Numbered from the stretch's first letter, positions 1 through 9,442 are shown. The stretch: 24,464 nt of DNA from an uncultured Bacilli bacterium (GCA_947586295.1 CANPXQ010000001.1:1-24464), one strand, 5' to 3'. The notes: a model not told the origin generated them from the sequence alone. Numbers and translations: made by a program.

Positions 1-73
1 GAGTTGGTGAAGTGGTTAACACGGTAGATTGTGGCTCTATTATGCGTGGGTTCGACTCCCACACTTCGCCCCA
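1..73 (+). tRNA. tRNA-His(GUG), about 4 nt of the 5' end lie outside the window
   Basis: Anticodon arm GTAGA-TTGTGGC-TCTAT with GTG at 31-33, T-arm GTGGG-TTCGACT-CCCAC, C discriminator and encoded CCA at 71-73; closely resembles Bacillus-type tRNA-His. Confidence 0.96.
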
Positions 74-83
74 GTTTTTTAAA

Positions 84-110
84 AATATCCGGATTTTACG
101 GATTTTTTAT
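84..110 (+). terminator. Rho-independent terminator of the tRNA
   Basis: ATCCG(87-91)/CGGAT(99-103) stem followed by a T-run. Confidence 0.7.
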
Positions 111-127
111 TTTTTTAAAATACTTCT

Positions 128-155
128 TGCCAAGATCTTTTATAAATACTATAAT
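128..155 (+). promoter_or_regulatory. sigmaA-type promoter of the HNH gene
   Basis: TTGCCA(128-133)-N16-TATAAT(150-155); SD AAGGAAGG upstream of ATG 208. Confidence 0.6.
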
Positions 156-207
156 AATAACTACATTCGTTTATTTTAACATTTAAAATTAAAGGAAGGA
201 AAAAATA

Positions 208-594
208 ATGGATACAAATACCCAAGAAATATTAAAGCAAATGATTTTAATATATAAACCTAATGGCTATGATTGGATGGGTGCCCCTATTACCGAAGAT
301 AATCCCTTGACATATCATCATATTGTAAAAAGAAAAAATGGCGATACTACAATAGAAAATGGAGCCTTACTTACCAAAGGTAGCCATAAAAAACTTAATT
401 CTTTAGAACATCATTATCCCGATTTATTTGCTGAATGGCAATGGTTATTTTATGCCATAAATATATCGCAAACACATCCTCTTTTACCATATGTCGAAAT
501 GATGACGGAACTAATGGATGAAACTAATGCTTTAATATATCATAAAAAACCTATTACAAGAACTAGACAAATTATAACTTATCCTGAAAAGTAA
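208..594 (+). CDS. Small stand-alone HNH-family (beta-beta-alpha-Me) nuclease-like protein, 128 aa
   Basis: Motif LTYHHIVKRKNGDTTIENGALLTKGSHKKLN fits HH...G...N...H; no CxxC zinc knuckles; good SD. Confidence 0.72.
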   Translation: MDTNTQEILKQMILIYKPNGYDWMGAPITEDNPLTYHHIVKRKNGDTTIENGALLTKGSHKKLNSLEHHYPDLFAEWQWLFYAINISQTHPLLPYVEMMTELMDETNALIYHKKPITRTRQIITYPEK

Positions 595-617
595 CTTGGA
601 TCTACCAAGTTTTTTTC
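593..617 (+). terminator. Rho-independent terminator after the HNH gene
   Basis: AACTTGG-ATCTA-CCAAGTT followed by TTTTTT. Confidence 0.75.
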
Positions 618-622
618 ATTTA

Positions 623-652
623 GTATAAAATATAATATTTATTACCAAAATA
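623..652 (+). promoter_or_regulatory. Candidate forespore sigmaG-type promoter of the LigD-like gene
   Basis: GTATA(623-627)-N18-CAAAATA(646-652) matches the B. subtilis sigmaG consensus GNATA-N17/18-CAWWHTA. Confidence 0.45.
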
Positions 653-666
653 ATAAAGTGAGATAA

Positions 667-2028
667 ATGACAAATAGTTTAAAAAAATATCAAGGAAAAA
701 GAAACTTTAATAAAACTAAAGAACCTAAAGGTAGTGTTATTAAAAGTTCTAATAAATTACGTTTTTGTATCCAACATCACATAGCTCGAAAAGATCATTA
801 TGATTTTCGTTTAGAATGGAATGGAGCCTTAAAAAGTTGGGCCATCCCTAAAGGTCCATCTTATGATTATACCACTAAAAGACTGGCGATTATGGTAGAA
901 GATCATCCGCTAACATACCGGCATTTTGAAGGGACAATTCCTCAGGGAGAATATGGAGCAGGAACAGTAATGCTATGGGATGAAGGATACTGGATACCTA
1001 CAACAAAAATAAATAATTCTTTTAATATGTCCAATTTTAAATTTATTTTAAAAGGAAAAAGATTAAAAGGCTTATGGACAATGATACATTTAAAGAATAA
1101 TAATTGGCTTTTAATAAAAGAAAAAGATAATGTTAAAGGCTTTAAAAATATAAAGAGAATTAATAAAAGTATAAAAACTAATCGTACAATGAGAGAAATT
1201 ACTAATGAAGAAAATTTTCCTATTTTAACTAATCCTCAGAAAAAAATAACTAATAAATATACTAAAGAAGAAATATTTAATTATTATAAACAAGTGGCTT
1301 TTAGAATGTTACCATATATTGAAAATCGTCTTATTAGTGTAATTAGAGCACCATCAGGAATAAAAGGTGAAATATTTTTTAAAAAACATTTAGAAAATAA
1401 AAATCCGGGTATTAAAAAAATAAATTTACCAAGTGATAAGACTTTAACCGATTATTATTATATAACAAATATTTATGGTTTATTAAGTGAAGTACAAATG
1501 AATAGTTTTGAATTTCATCCCTGGGGTAGCAAAGTAAACGATTTAGAACAAGCTGATATTTTAGTATTTGATTTAGATCCCGATAAATCTCTTCCTATTA
1601 CCAAACTTCGTCAAGGGGTAAAAGATTTAAAAAGTATTTTAGATAGTTTAAACTTAAAATCCTATCTTAAAACAAGTGGTGGTAAAGGCTATCATATTCT
1701 TGTTCCTCTTAAAGTTAAAATGTCTTGGCAACAAGCCCGAAATACAGCCCAAAATATTGCTTTATTAATGGAAGAAAAATGGCCCCAAAAATATACCAGT
1801 AACATTCGTAAAAATAAACGTCATAAAAAAATATTTATTGACTGGATTCGAAATACCAAAAGTTCCACATCAGTTGCCCCCTATTCCATACGTTTAAGAA
1901 AAAATTTGCCTGTTTCTATGCCTATTAAATGGAGTGAGTTAGATAAAATAAAACCCAATGAAATAACAATGGAAGAAGCTATAAAAAGATTAAAAAGAGT
2001 TGATCCTTGGAAAGATTTTTTTGCTTAA
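667..2028 (+). CDS. LigD-derived 3'-phosphoesterase (PE) + primase-polymerase (PolDom) fusion with no ligase domain
   Basis: PE motifs QHHIARKDHYDFRLE, SWAIPKGPS, VEDHPLTY, YGAGTVMLWD (aa ~30-180). AEP motifs VFDLDPD, KTSGGKGYH, IFIDWIRN (aa ~187-453). No KxDG ligase motif and no room for a ligase domain. Confidence 0.92.
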   Translation: MTNSLKKYQGKRNFNKTKEPKGSVIKSSNKLRFCIQHHIARKDHYDFRLEWNGALKSWAIPKGPSYDYTTKRLAIMVEDHPLTYRHFEGTIPQGEYGAGTVMLWDEGYWIPTTKINNSFNMSNFKFILKGKRLKGLWTMIHLKNNNWLLIKEKDNVKGFKNIKRINKSIKTNRTMREITNEENFPILTNPQKKITNKYTKEEIFNYYKQVAFRMLPYIENRLISVIRAPSGIKGEIFFKKHLENKNPGIKKINLPSDKTLTDYYYITNIYGLLSEVQMNSFEFHPWGSKVNDLEQADILVFDLDPDKSLPITKLRQGVKDLKSILDSLNLKSYLKTSGGKGYHILVPLKVKMSWQQARNTAQNIALLMEEKWPQKYTSNIRKNKRHKKIFIDWIRNTKSSTSVAPYSIRLRKNLPVSMPIKWSELDKIKPNEITMEEAIKRLKRVDPWKDFFA

Positions 2029-2049
2029 GTCATTGCTTTTTGATATAAT
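2021..2049 (+). promoter_or_regulatory. sigmaA-type extended -10 promoter of the glycosylation cassette
   Basis: TTGCTT(2021-2026)-N17-TATAAT(2044-2049) with TG at 2041-2042. Confidence 0.6.
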
Positions 2050-2072
2050 TAACTCAAAAAGGAAGAAAGTAA

Positions 2073-3869
2073 ATGAAAAAAAAGTTTTTATTAATAATTA
2101 AAACATTTTTAACTATATTGGCCTTCACTCTTAATTTAACTAATAGTAAAGATATTATTAATATTAATAATCCCTTAAAAGTCAGTGTCATTTTTATTAT
2201 AATTACAAGTATCTTTTTTTATCTTTATTACCAAAAATATCAAAAATTAAATTTAAAAGAACCATTACTATTTAAATTATTAGCCTCTATTTATAGTATA
2301 TTTATGCTTATAGGGAATAGTTATAAAGCTGTCGGTAACTACTCTTTAATATTGGGAAATTATAAAGTATTTTTAATTTCTATATTAATGTTTTTAGGAT
2401 ATTATTTCTTATTTAGTAGTTTAATTACTTTTATATATGAAGAATTAAAAAAGAAAAAGTTTAAAAAAAAAGATCATAAATTAATAGATTTTGTCTTTAA
2501 TAAACATCCTTTTCTAGCGACTTTTTGTCTACTATTTTTACTATATTTACCCTATTTAATTGCCTATTATCCAGGTATTATATCTCCTGATCCAAGTTTT
2601 CAAATTGAACAATTTCTAGGAATTAAAACCAAATATAGTGATTATAATATTATGTTAGATGAAAACGTAACTATAACAAACCATCATCCTGTTTTACATA
2701 CTCTTATAATTGGTTCTTTTGCTAAATTAGGAATAAAAATAGGTTCTTTTAATTTAGGAATATTTTTTTATACCCTTATGCAAACCATCGCTCTTATTTC
2801 ATTATTTAGTTATATTATCTGGTATTATAAAAAAATAAATACTCCTTTAACTATTAGAATTATTACTTTATTAATTTATGGTTTAGTGCCTGTTTTTCCT
2901 TTTTATGCCGTATCGACAGTTAAGGATGTCTTTTTTACCATCTTTGTTATTTTATATATTATTCGTTTATTTGATTTAATAAAATTTCAAAACTTTAATT
3001 GGCAAAATTTATTTATTTTAACTATTTTAATGCTTTTAATATCTTTATTTAGAAATAATGGTATTTATCTAGTAATAATGTCTTTTCCTTTTTTATTCGT
3101 AGCTTTTCCAAAAAAAATATTAAAACTATTAGTTACTTTCTTAATACCTATAATAAGTTACTATAGTTTTACGAATATTCTTCTTCCTTATTGGAAAATA
3201 ACGCCAGGCAGTATAAGAGAAATTTTATCAATTCCTTTTCAACAAACGGCAAGATACGTAAAATATCATAATGCTGATGTTACTGATGAAGAAAAAATAA
3301 TAATAGATAAAATATTAGAATATGATACTTTAGCTACACGTTATAAACCAAATATTGCAGACCCAGTTAAAAACAAGTATAATAAATATAGTACCAATGA
3401 AGATTTAAATAATTATTTTCAAGTATGGTGGAATCAATTTCAAAAACATCCTGGTACTTACATTAATGCTACTTTCGCTAATACATATGGTTATATTTAT
3501 CCGGATACTCATAGTTGGTATATATATAATAAATTTTATCCCTATTTAAATGATGTAGGTATACCATATCATTATAATAACTTAGATACTTGGCGAAATA
3601 TACTTTATTATTATGGTTCAGCTTTTCCTTATATTCCCGTTATTGGATTACTTGTAAATATTGGATTTGCTACTTGGCTATGGATGTTAATTTTTACATA
3701 TATTATTAAATTAAAAAAATACAAATATTTAATAATTATATGTCCCGTTATTTCTCTTATACTGGTTTGCTTTGCAAGCCCCGTTAATACTTATTTTCGC
3801 TATACTTTAGGTTTTGTATTTTCAATTCCCTTAATTATGGCGATTTTCATAAATTTATTAAAGGAGTGA
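2073..3869 (+). CDS. Polytopic membrane protein, DUF6020-like; probable GT-C (GtrC-type) glycosyltransferase
   Basis: Many TM segments, YYPG..SPD and NHHPVLHT motifs, large external loop; directly upstream of GT2 and GtrA genes. Confidence 0.65.
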   Translation: MKKKFLLIIKTFLTILAFTLNLTNSKDIININNPLKVSVIFIIITSIFFYLYYQKYQKLNLKEPLLFKLLASIYSIFMLIGNSYKAVGNYSLILGNYKVFLISILMFLGYYFLFSSLITFIYEELKKKKFKKKDHKLIDFVFNKHPFLATFCLLFLLYLPYLIAYYPGIISPDPSFQIEQFLGIKTKYSDYNIMLDENVTITNHHPVLHTLIIGSFAKLGIKIGSFNLGIFFYTLMQTIALISLFSYIIWYYKKINTPLTIRIITLLIYGLVPVFPFYAVSTVKDVFFTIFVILYIIRLFDLIKFQNFNWQNLFILTILMLLISLFRNNGIYLVIMSFPFLFVAFPKKILKLLVTFLIPIISYYSFTNILLPYWKITPGSIREILSIPFQQTARYVKYHNADVTDEEKIIIDKILEYDTLATRYKPNIADPVKNKYNKYSTNEDLNNYFQVWWNQFQKHPGTYINATFANTYGYIYPDTHSWYIYNKFYPYLNDVGIPYHYNNLDTWRNILYYYGSAFPYIPVIGLLVNIGFATWLWMLIFTYIIKLKKYKYLIIICPVISLILVCFASPVNTYFRYTLGFVFSIPLIMAIFINLLKE

Positions 3870-3873
3870 AAAA

Positions 3874-4803
3874 ATGAAAAAAATTGCAGTTTTAATACCT
3901 TGTTATAATGAAAGTAAAACAATTGAAAAAGTAATTAAAGATTACAAAAAAGCGTTGCCGGATGCCGATATATATGTATATGATAATAATTCGACAGATA
4001 ATACTGATAAGATAGCGAAAAAAGCCGGAGCTATTGTTCGTTATGAATATCGCCAAGGAAAAGGTAATGTCATTAAAACAATGTTTAAAGATATTAAGGC
4101 TGATTGTTATTTAATGATTGATGGCGATGACACTTATCCCGCGGAAAACGCTCGGGAAATGTGTGATTTAGTATTAGAAGGAAAAGCAGATATGGTTATT
4201 GGCGATCGTTTATCAAGCACTTATTTTGAGGAAAATAAACGTCCTTTTCATAATTTCGGAAATAGTTTAGTTCGTTTTTTAATTAATAAGATTTTTAAAA
4301 ATAATGTTAAAGATATAATGACCGGCTATCGAGCTTTTAGTTATGAATTTGTCAAAAGTTTTCCAATTATTTCCAAAGGTTTTGAAATAGAAACCGAAAT
4401 GACTATTCATGCCGTCGATAAAAATTTTAAATTAAAAGAAATTCCTGTTACCTATCGTGATCGACCAAAAGGGAGTATTTCTAAACTAAATACTTACTCT
4501 GATGGTTTTAAAGTTCTAAAAACAATTGGTATTCTATTTGCCGAATATAAACCTTTAATGTTTTTTAATATTTTAGCGCTTATGTTCTTTATTATAACTT
4601 TATTTTTAGGTATACCACCATTTATAGAATATTTTAAAACAGGATTAGTATTAAGATTCCCTAGTTTAATTGTAGCATCTATTTCTTTAGTAATTGCTAT
4701 ACTTTTATCTATTACGGGAATAGTTTTACAAATAATAAACAAAAAACATAGAGAACTTTATGAATTATATTTATTAAGTATAGGTGAAGCAAATGATAAA
4801 TAA
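3874..4803 (+). CDS. GT2 polyprenol-phosphate glycosyltransferase (GtrB / DPM1-like)
   Basis: VLIPCYNE, VYDNNSTD, IDGDDTY (DxD), GFEIETEMT; two C-terminal TM helices. Confidence 0.9.
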   Translation: MKKIAVLIPCYNESKTIEKVIKDYKKALPDADIYVYDNNSTDNTDKIAKKAGAIVRYEYRQGKGNVIKTMFKDIKADCYLMIDGDDTYPAENAREMCDLVLEGKADMVIGDRLSSTYFEENKRPFHNFGNSLVRFLINKIFKNNVKDIMTGYRAFSYEFVKSFPIISKGFEIETEMTIHAVDKNFKLKEIPVTYRDRPKGSISKLNTYSDGFKVLKTIGILFAEYKPLMFFNILALMFFIITLFLGIPPFIEYFKTGLVLRFPSLIVASISLVIAILLSITGIVLQIINKKHRELYELYLLSIGEANDK

Positions 4804-5191
4804 ATTTTTTAAAAATAAATTAATTCAACAAATTATAAAATTTGGTATTGTAGGAGGTACAGCATTTGTTATTGACTATGGCATTTTTACAGTTTTAAGT
4901 CAATTTCTACATATTCATTATTTAATTGCATCTATTATTTCTTTTAGTATATCCGTTATATATAATTACATTTTAAGTATTAAATGGGTATTTAATGTTA
5001 ATAAAAAACAAACAACAAAAGATTTTTTAGTTTTTATTATTTTAAGTGTAATTGGTTTAGCTTTAAATTCTTTAATTTTATATATATCGGTTGATTTAAT
5101 TCATATTCACGAAATGATTGGTAAAATTATTGCAACAGCAATTGTTATGGTTTACAATTTTATTACTAGAAAAATATTTATTGAAAAGTAA
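4793..5191 (+). CDS. GtrA-family flippase (start probably ATG 4793)
   Basis: KFGIVGGTAFVIDY, NYILSIKWVF, four TM helices; SD AGGTGA at 4782-4787. Confidence 0.9.
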   Translation: MINKFFKNKLIQQIIKFGIVGGTAFVIDYGIFTVLSQFLHIHYLIASIISFSISVIYNYILSIKWVFNVNKKQTTKDFLVFIILSVIGLALNSLILYISVDLIHIHEMIGKIIATAIVMVYNFITRKIFIEK

Positions 5192-5238
5192 TTTTTATTA
5201 CTTTTTTTTTAAATAAAAATAACCATTAGGTTATTTTT
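5184..5238. terminator. Two back-to-back terminators between the convergent gtrA-like and ABC genes
   Basis: AAAAGTAAT-TTTT-ATTACTTTT plus T-run (5184-5210); AAAAATAACC-ATTA-GGTTATTTTT (5215-5238). Confidence 0.7.
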
Positions 5239-7786
5239 ATTCGCTTCTTAAAGCTTCTACTGGGTCTTTGCGACTAGCATAACGGGATGGTATTAATCCT
5301 GCAATAGCAGTTAAACTAACACTAATAACAATTAATATAATTGCTCCAGCATAAGGTAATATCGCCACTTTAGAAATATCTGTAAGTGAACGTATAACCA
5401 TATTTATAGGAATATTTAATATAATAGTGACAATGATTCCTAAAATTCCAGCAGCTAGTCCTTCAATAATAGTTTCGGCATTAAAGACGCGGGAAATATC
5501 TCTTTTACTTGCACCAATGGCTCTTAAAATTCCTATTTCTTTTGTTCTTTCTAACACTGAAATATATGTTATTATACCTATCATTATACTAGATACGATT
5601 AAGGATATTGCTACAAAAGCCATTAAGACATAACTAATAACATTGACAATCGTTGATACCCCACTTAACATAACCCCGACAACATCAGAATAATTAATAA
5701 CATTTTCTTCTTTTTGCAAATCTTCTTGATTTTGATTATATTGTTTAATAATATCCACTATTTTTTCTTTACTTTCAAAATCTTTAGGATAAATATTTAT
5801 AGTGGTCGGATTATCTAACTCAACAGAACCTAATTCTCTTAAAACATCTTCGTACGTTGCTCCAGCTTGTTCCGTATATGTTTCAATTAATTGAGCTAAT
5901 TCTTCAGCACTTAAACTATTCAAATACATTTGTTGTTCTTTAGATAAATCTTTTATATCAAAAGTTTTATTATCACTAAATTTTAAACCAGTTAAAACAT
6001 TTACTTCTGAATTTTGTTTTTGTTCTTCAACAATTTTACTAGAATTTATTTTATTTATAACATATTCTTCTAATTCTTTAGTATAAAAAACTCCGCCTTG
6101 GTTCATTGCCGAAGCTACTTTAGAATCTGGAGAAGGTTTTACAATACCAACAACTTTTAATTCTTCAGCGTCTTGTAATTTTTTTAACATATAATTTTCA
6201 TCATTTTGTTTGTTTATCCATCGACCATTAACTTTTTCATAATAATCCGTATTTAGTAACAATTTAAATTTTAAATTTAATAATTCATCGATTGTATAGG
6301 AAGAAGGATTAACAGTAAACTCTTCCCCATTCATAATCTTATGATAAAATTCACTTAATTCATTACTATCTTTTAAACCTAAAGCGTATAAAGTATAATC
6401 TAATATTTCATTATTTTCATCTACAACCAACACAATTTCATTATATTTTTTTGGCCAAGATCCTGCGACTACATCATACATTTCTTCATTTAAAGTAGCA
6501 TTATCAAACATCTTTTCAAAAACATCACTAGACATAAACATATTCGAATACTCATTTGACATACCCAAACTATCCATAACCGTATTAGGATTTACTTGCA
6601 ATACTTCATCGGTACTATCCTTATATAATTGCAAATTTAAATTATAACCATAACTAATAGCGGAAGTATTATTTTTTATATCGGCATTATTTTCAATATA
6701 TTCTTTAAATAATTTTAAATTATTATTCTTAACTTTAGCTGTCATCGTATTTAACATTGTACTTATCATATCATTAGAATGAATTAATGAATCATCGTAT
6801 TCCTTTTTATCTTTATTAGTCATTGCACTTAAAAAATCTTGCATCTCAATGGAGGTTTTTTGCACAATTAAAGGATAACTTGATAAAGTTTCTTGTTCTA
6901 CACTCGTAATATATTCTTGTACCCCATTAGATAAAGATAAAATTAAAGCAATACCTATTATACCAATTGAACCAGCGAAAGCCGTTAAAATAGTGCGACC
7001 TTTTTTCGTCATCAAATTATTTAAACTTAAAGATAAAGCAGTTCTAAAAGACATTGAAGTTTTTTTATCTTTACTATAAGGTAATACGTCATCTTCTTCG
7101 GGATTACTTAAATAAGGATTAGAATCATTAGTTATTTCCCCATCTTTTAAATTAATAATTCGCGTGGAATAATTATTTGCGAGTTCAGCATTATGAGTTA
7201 CCATAATTACTAATCTTTTTTGAGCTACTTCCTTTAATAGTTCCATAATTTGGGTACTAGTTTTACTATCTAAAGCCCCTGTAGGTTCATCCGCTAAAAG
7301 AATATCAGGGTCATTAACCAAAGCCCGAGCAATGGCCACTCTTTGCATTTGGCCGCCAGACATTTGATTAGGTTTTTTATACATTTGGTCTTCCAATCCA
7401 ACTTCTTTTAAAACCTTTTTAACTCGCGAAACCCTTTCTTTTTTATTAACTCCCGATAATGTTAAAGCTAGTTCTACATTTGCAAAAACACTTTGATGAG
7501 GAATCAAGTTATAGCTTTGAAAAACAAAACCCACGCGATGATTACGATATGTATCCCAATCACGATCTTTAAATTTTTTAGTACTCGTTCCATTAATAAT
7601 AAGGTCTCCTGAAGTATATTGGTCTAAACCCCCTATTATATTTAATAATGTCGTTTTACCGGAACCAGAAGGTCCTAAAATAGAAACAAATTCATTTTGG
7701 CGAAAAACTAAACTAACATCTTTTAAAGCTTTTTGCTTTATATCATCAGTTATATAAGTTTTATTTATTTTTTTTAATTCTAACAT
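5237..7786 (-). CDS. MacB/FtsX-type ABC transporter, fused ATPase-permease
   Basis: Walker A GPSGSGKTT, signature MSGGQMQRVAIAR, ILLADEPTGALD, C-terminal ERTKEIGILRAIGA FtsX segment. Confidence 0.93.
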   Translation of the reverse strand: MLELKKINKTYITDDIKQKALKDVSLVFRQNEFVSILGPSGSGKTTLLNIIGGLDQYTSGDLIINGTSTKKFKDRDWDTYRNHRVGFVFQSYNLIPHQSVFANVELALTLSGVNKKERVSRVKKVLKEVGLEDQMYKKPNQMSGGQMQRVAIARALVNDPDILLADEPTGALDSKTSTQIMELLKEVAQKRLVIMVTHNAELANNYSTRIINLKDGEITNDSNPYLSNPEEDDVLPYSKDKKTSMSFRTALSLSLNNLMTKKGRTILTAFAGSIGIIGIALILSLSNGVQEYITSVEQETLSSYPLIVQKTSIEMQDFLSAMTNKDKKEYDDSLIHSNDMISTMLNTMTAKVKNNNLKLFKEYIENNADIKNNTSAISYGYNLNLQLYKDSTDEVLQVNPNTVMDSLGMSNEYSNMFMSSDVFEKMFDNATLNEEMYDVVAGSWPKKYNEIVLVVDENNEILDYTLYALGLKDSNELSEFYHKIMNGEEFTVNPSSYTIDELLNLKFKLLLNTDYYEKVNGRWINKQNDENYMLKKLQDAEELKVVGIVKPSPDSKVASAMNQGGVFYTKELEEYVINKINSSKIVEEQKQNSEVNVLTGLKFSDNKTFDIKDLSKEQQMYLNSLSAEELAQLIETYTEQAGATYEDVLRELGSVELDNPTTINIYPKDFESKEKIVDIIKQYNQNQEDLQKEENVINYSDVVGVMLSGVSTIVNVISYVLMAFVAISLIVSSIMIGIITYISVLERTKEIGILRAIGASKRDISRVFNAETIIEGLAAGILGIIVTIILNIPINMVIRSLTDISKVAILPYAGAIILIVISVSLTAIAGLIPSRYASRKDPVEALRSE

Positions 7787-7866
7787 TATATACCTCCTTT
7801 TTAATTTTATAATAGTTATGTGAAAATATTATGAAAACTCTTCCTAATGTTACCATTAAAATGTTT

Positions 7867-7902
7867 AAAAAACAAGCAGTTTATTATTTACTACTTGTTT
7901 TT
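7867..7902 (-). terminator. Terminator after lysS
   Basis: AAAAAACAAG...CTTGTTTTT inverted repeat with A/T runs on both sides. Confidence 0.6.
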
Positions 7903-7906
7903 ATTA

Positions 7907-9376
7907 TTAATCTTTAGATTTCATCATTGGGAATAGGACGACATCTCTAATAGAGGGTTGATTAAATATAATCATCATTAGCCGATCTATTCCAAAACCT
8001 AATCCAGAAATTGGGGGCATTCCTTGTTCCATCGCTAGTAAAAATGATTCATCCATTTCCATCGTTTCTTCATCACCTTGGGCTTTGGCTTTAAGTTGAT
8101 CTAGAAAGGCTTGTTTTTGAATAACAGGATCAACTAATTCGGAATAAGCCTTACATAACTCTGTACCGGCCGCTAAAACTTGAAATACATCAATAATGCG
8201 ATTATCTTTATCATTACGACGAGCTAAAGGAATCAAAACAGCCGGATAATTATATATAATCGTTGGTTCAACAATATTAGCCCTAATTAATTTTTTATAA
8301 CTAAAATCTATTATTTGGCTTAATGATTTATATTCTTCTAATTCTAAATCTGTAAATATACCTTTATCAATAATTTTTTGTTTTAACTCTTCAGGATCCG
8401 TAATACTTAAAAAATCAAACCCTAATTTTTTAGTAAGTTCATCAACATAATTTATTCTTGGCCATTCATCTAAACCAAAATTCAAAACATTTCCTTGATA
8501 TTCTATTTGTGTTGTACCAACAATTTCTAATAATAACCCTTTAATAAATTTTTGATAGAATTTGATATTATCTTCAAAATTCCAATAAGAAGCATACCAT
8601 TCAACTTGGGTAAACTCTTGAAGGTGTTCACTATCCATTCCTTCATTACGAAAACATTTAGCCACTTCATATACTTTATCATAACCAGCCGCAATGCATT
8701 GTTTCAAGTATGTTTCCGGAGCAATTCGCAAATTACAATCCATATCTAAAGTATTATGATGCGTATAAAACGGTCTCGCACTAGCCCCACAAACTGCATT
8801 TTGTAAAATTGGTGTTTCGACTTCCAAAAAACCATTTTCATTTAAAAATTTATGAATATAAGCATATAATTTACTTCGTCCTAAGAATACTTTTCGGGCT
8901 TCTTCATTCATTATTAAATCTACATACCGTTCCCGATATTTAATTTCTGTATCGGTTAAACCGTGGAATTTTTCAGGTAATACGCGTAAAGCTTTTCCTA
9001 AAAATTCAAAATTTTTAACACGTAATGTTTTTTCCCCAGTTTGGGTTGTAAAAATTTCTCCTGAAGCTCCAATAAAATCCCCAACATCAATTAGTTTTTT
9101 AAAGAAATCATATTTTTCTTCTCCTACTTCATCTACTTTAAATTCTAATTGCATATCACCTTCAATATCTCTAATTCTTACAAAAGACAATTTTCCCATT
9201 TTTCTAGCAAAAACAATTCTACCAGCTAAGCGAACATCTTTAGTACCATCATCTAGTATTCGGGCTTCCCTTAAAGAATGCGTTTTTTCATATCTTTCAG
9301 GATAAGGATTAGTATATTCTCTTATTTTTAAAAGTTTTTCTCTTCGAACTAATTCTTGTTCATTATATTCTCGCAT
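7907..9376 (-). CDS. lysS: Lysyl-tRNA synthetase, class II
   Basis: N-terminal OB anticodon domain (RKMGKLSF), motif 2 FRNEGMDSEHLQEFT, motif 3 GLGFGIDRL. Confidence 0.97.
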   Translation of the reverse strand: MREYNEQELVRREKLLKIREYTNPYPERYEKTHSLREARILDDGTKDVRLAGRIVFARKMGKLSFVRIRDIEGDMQLEFKVDEVGEEKYDFFKKLIDVGDFIGASGEIFTTQTGEKTLRVKNFEFLGKALRVLPEKFHGLTDTEIKYRERYVDLIMNEEARKVFLGRSKLYAYIHKFLNENGFLEVETPILQNAVCGASARPFYTHHNTLDMDCNLRIAPETYLKQCIAAGYDKVYEVAKCFRNEGMDSEHLQEFTQVEWYASYWNFEDNIKFYQKFIKGLLLEIVGTTQIEYQGNVLNFGLDEWPRINYVDELTKKLGFDFLSITDPEELKQKIIDKGIFTDLELEEYKSLSQIIDFSYKKLIRANIVEPTIIYNYPAVLIPLARRNDKDNRIIDVFQVLAAGTELCKAYSELVDPVIQKQAFLDQLKAKAQGDEETMEMDESFLLAMEQGMPPISGLGFGIDRLMMIIFNQPSIRDVVLFPMMKSKD

Positions 9377-9404
9377 ATTTCTTCACCTAGAAATATTCTA
9401 ACAT

Positions 9405-9442
9405 AAAAAAACAATCTTAGAAACCTAAGATTGCTTTTTTTT
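9405..9442. terminator. Terminator between the sortase-substrate gene and lysS
   Basis: CAATCTTAG-AAAC-CTAAGATTG flanked by an A-run and a T-run. Confidence 0.75.

Noticed and set aside
1-5240. tRNA-anchored genomic island or prophage
   Set aside because: No integrase, no phage genes, and I saw no second copy of the tRNA 3' end in the window.
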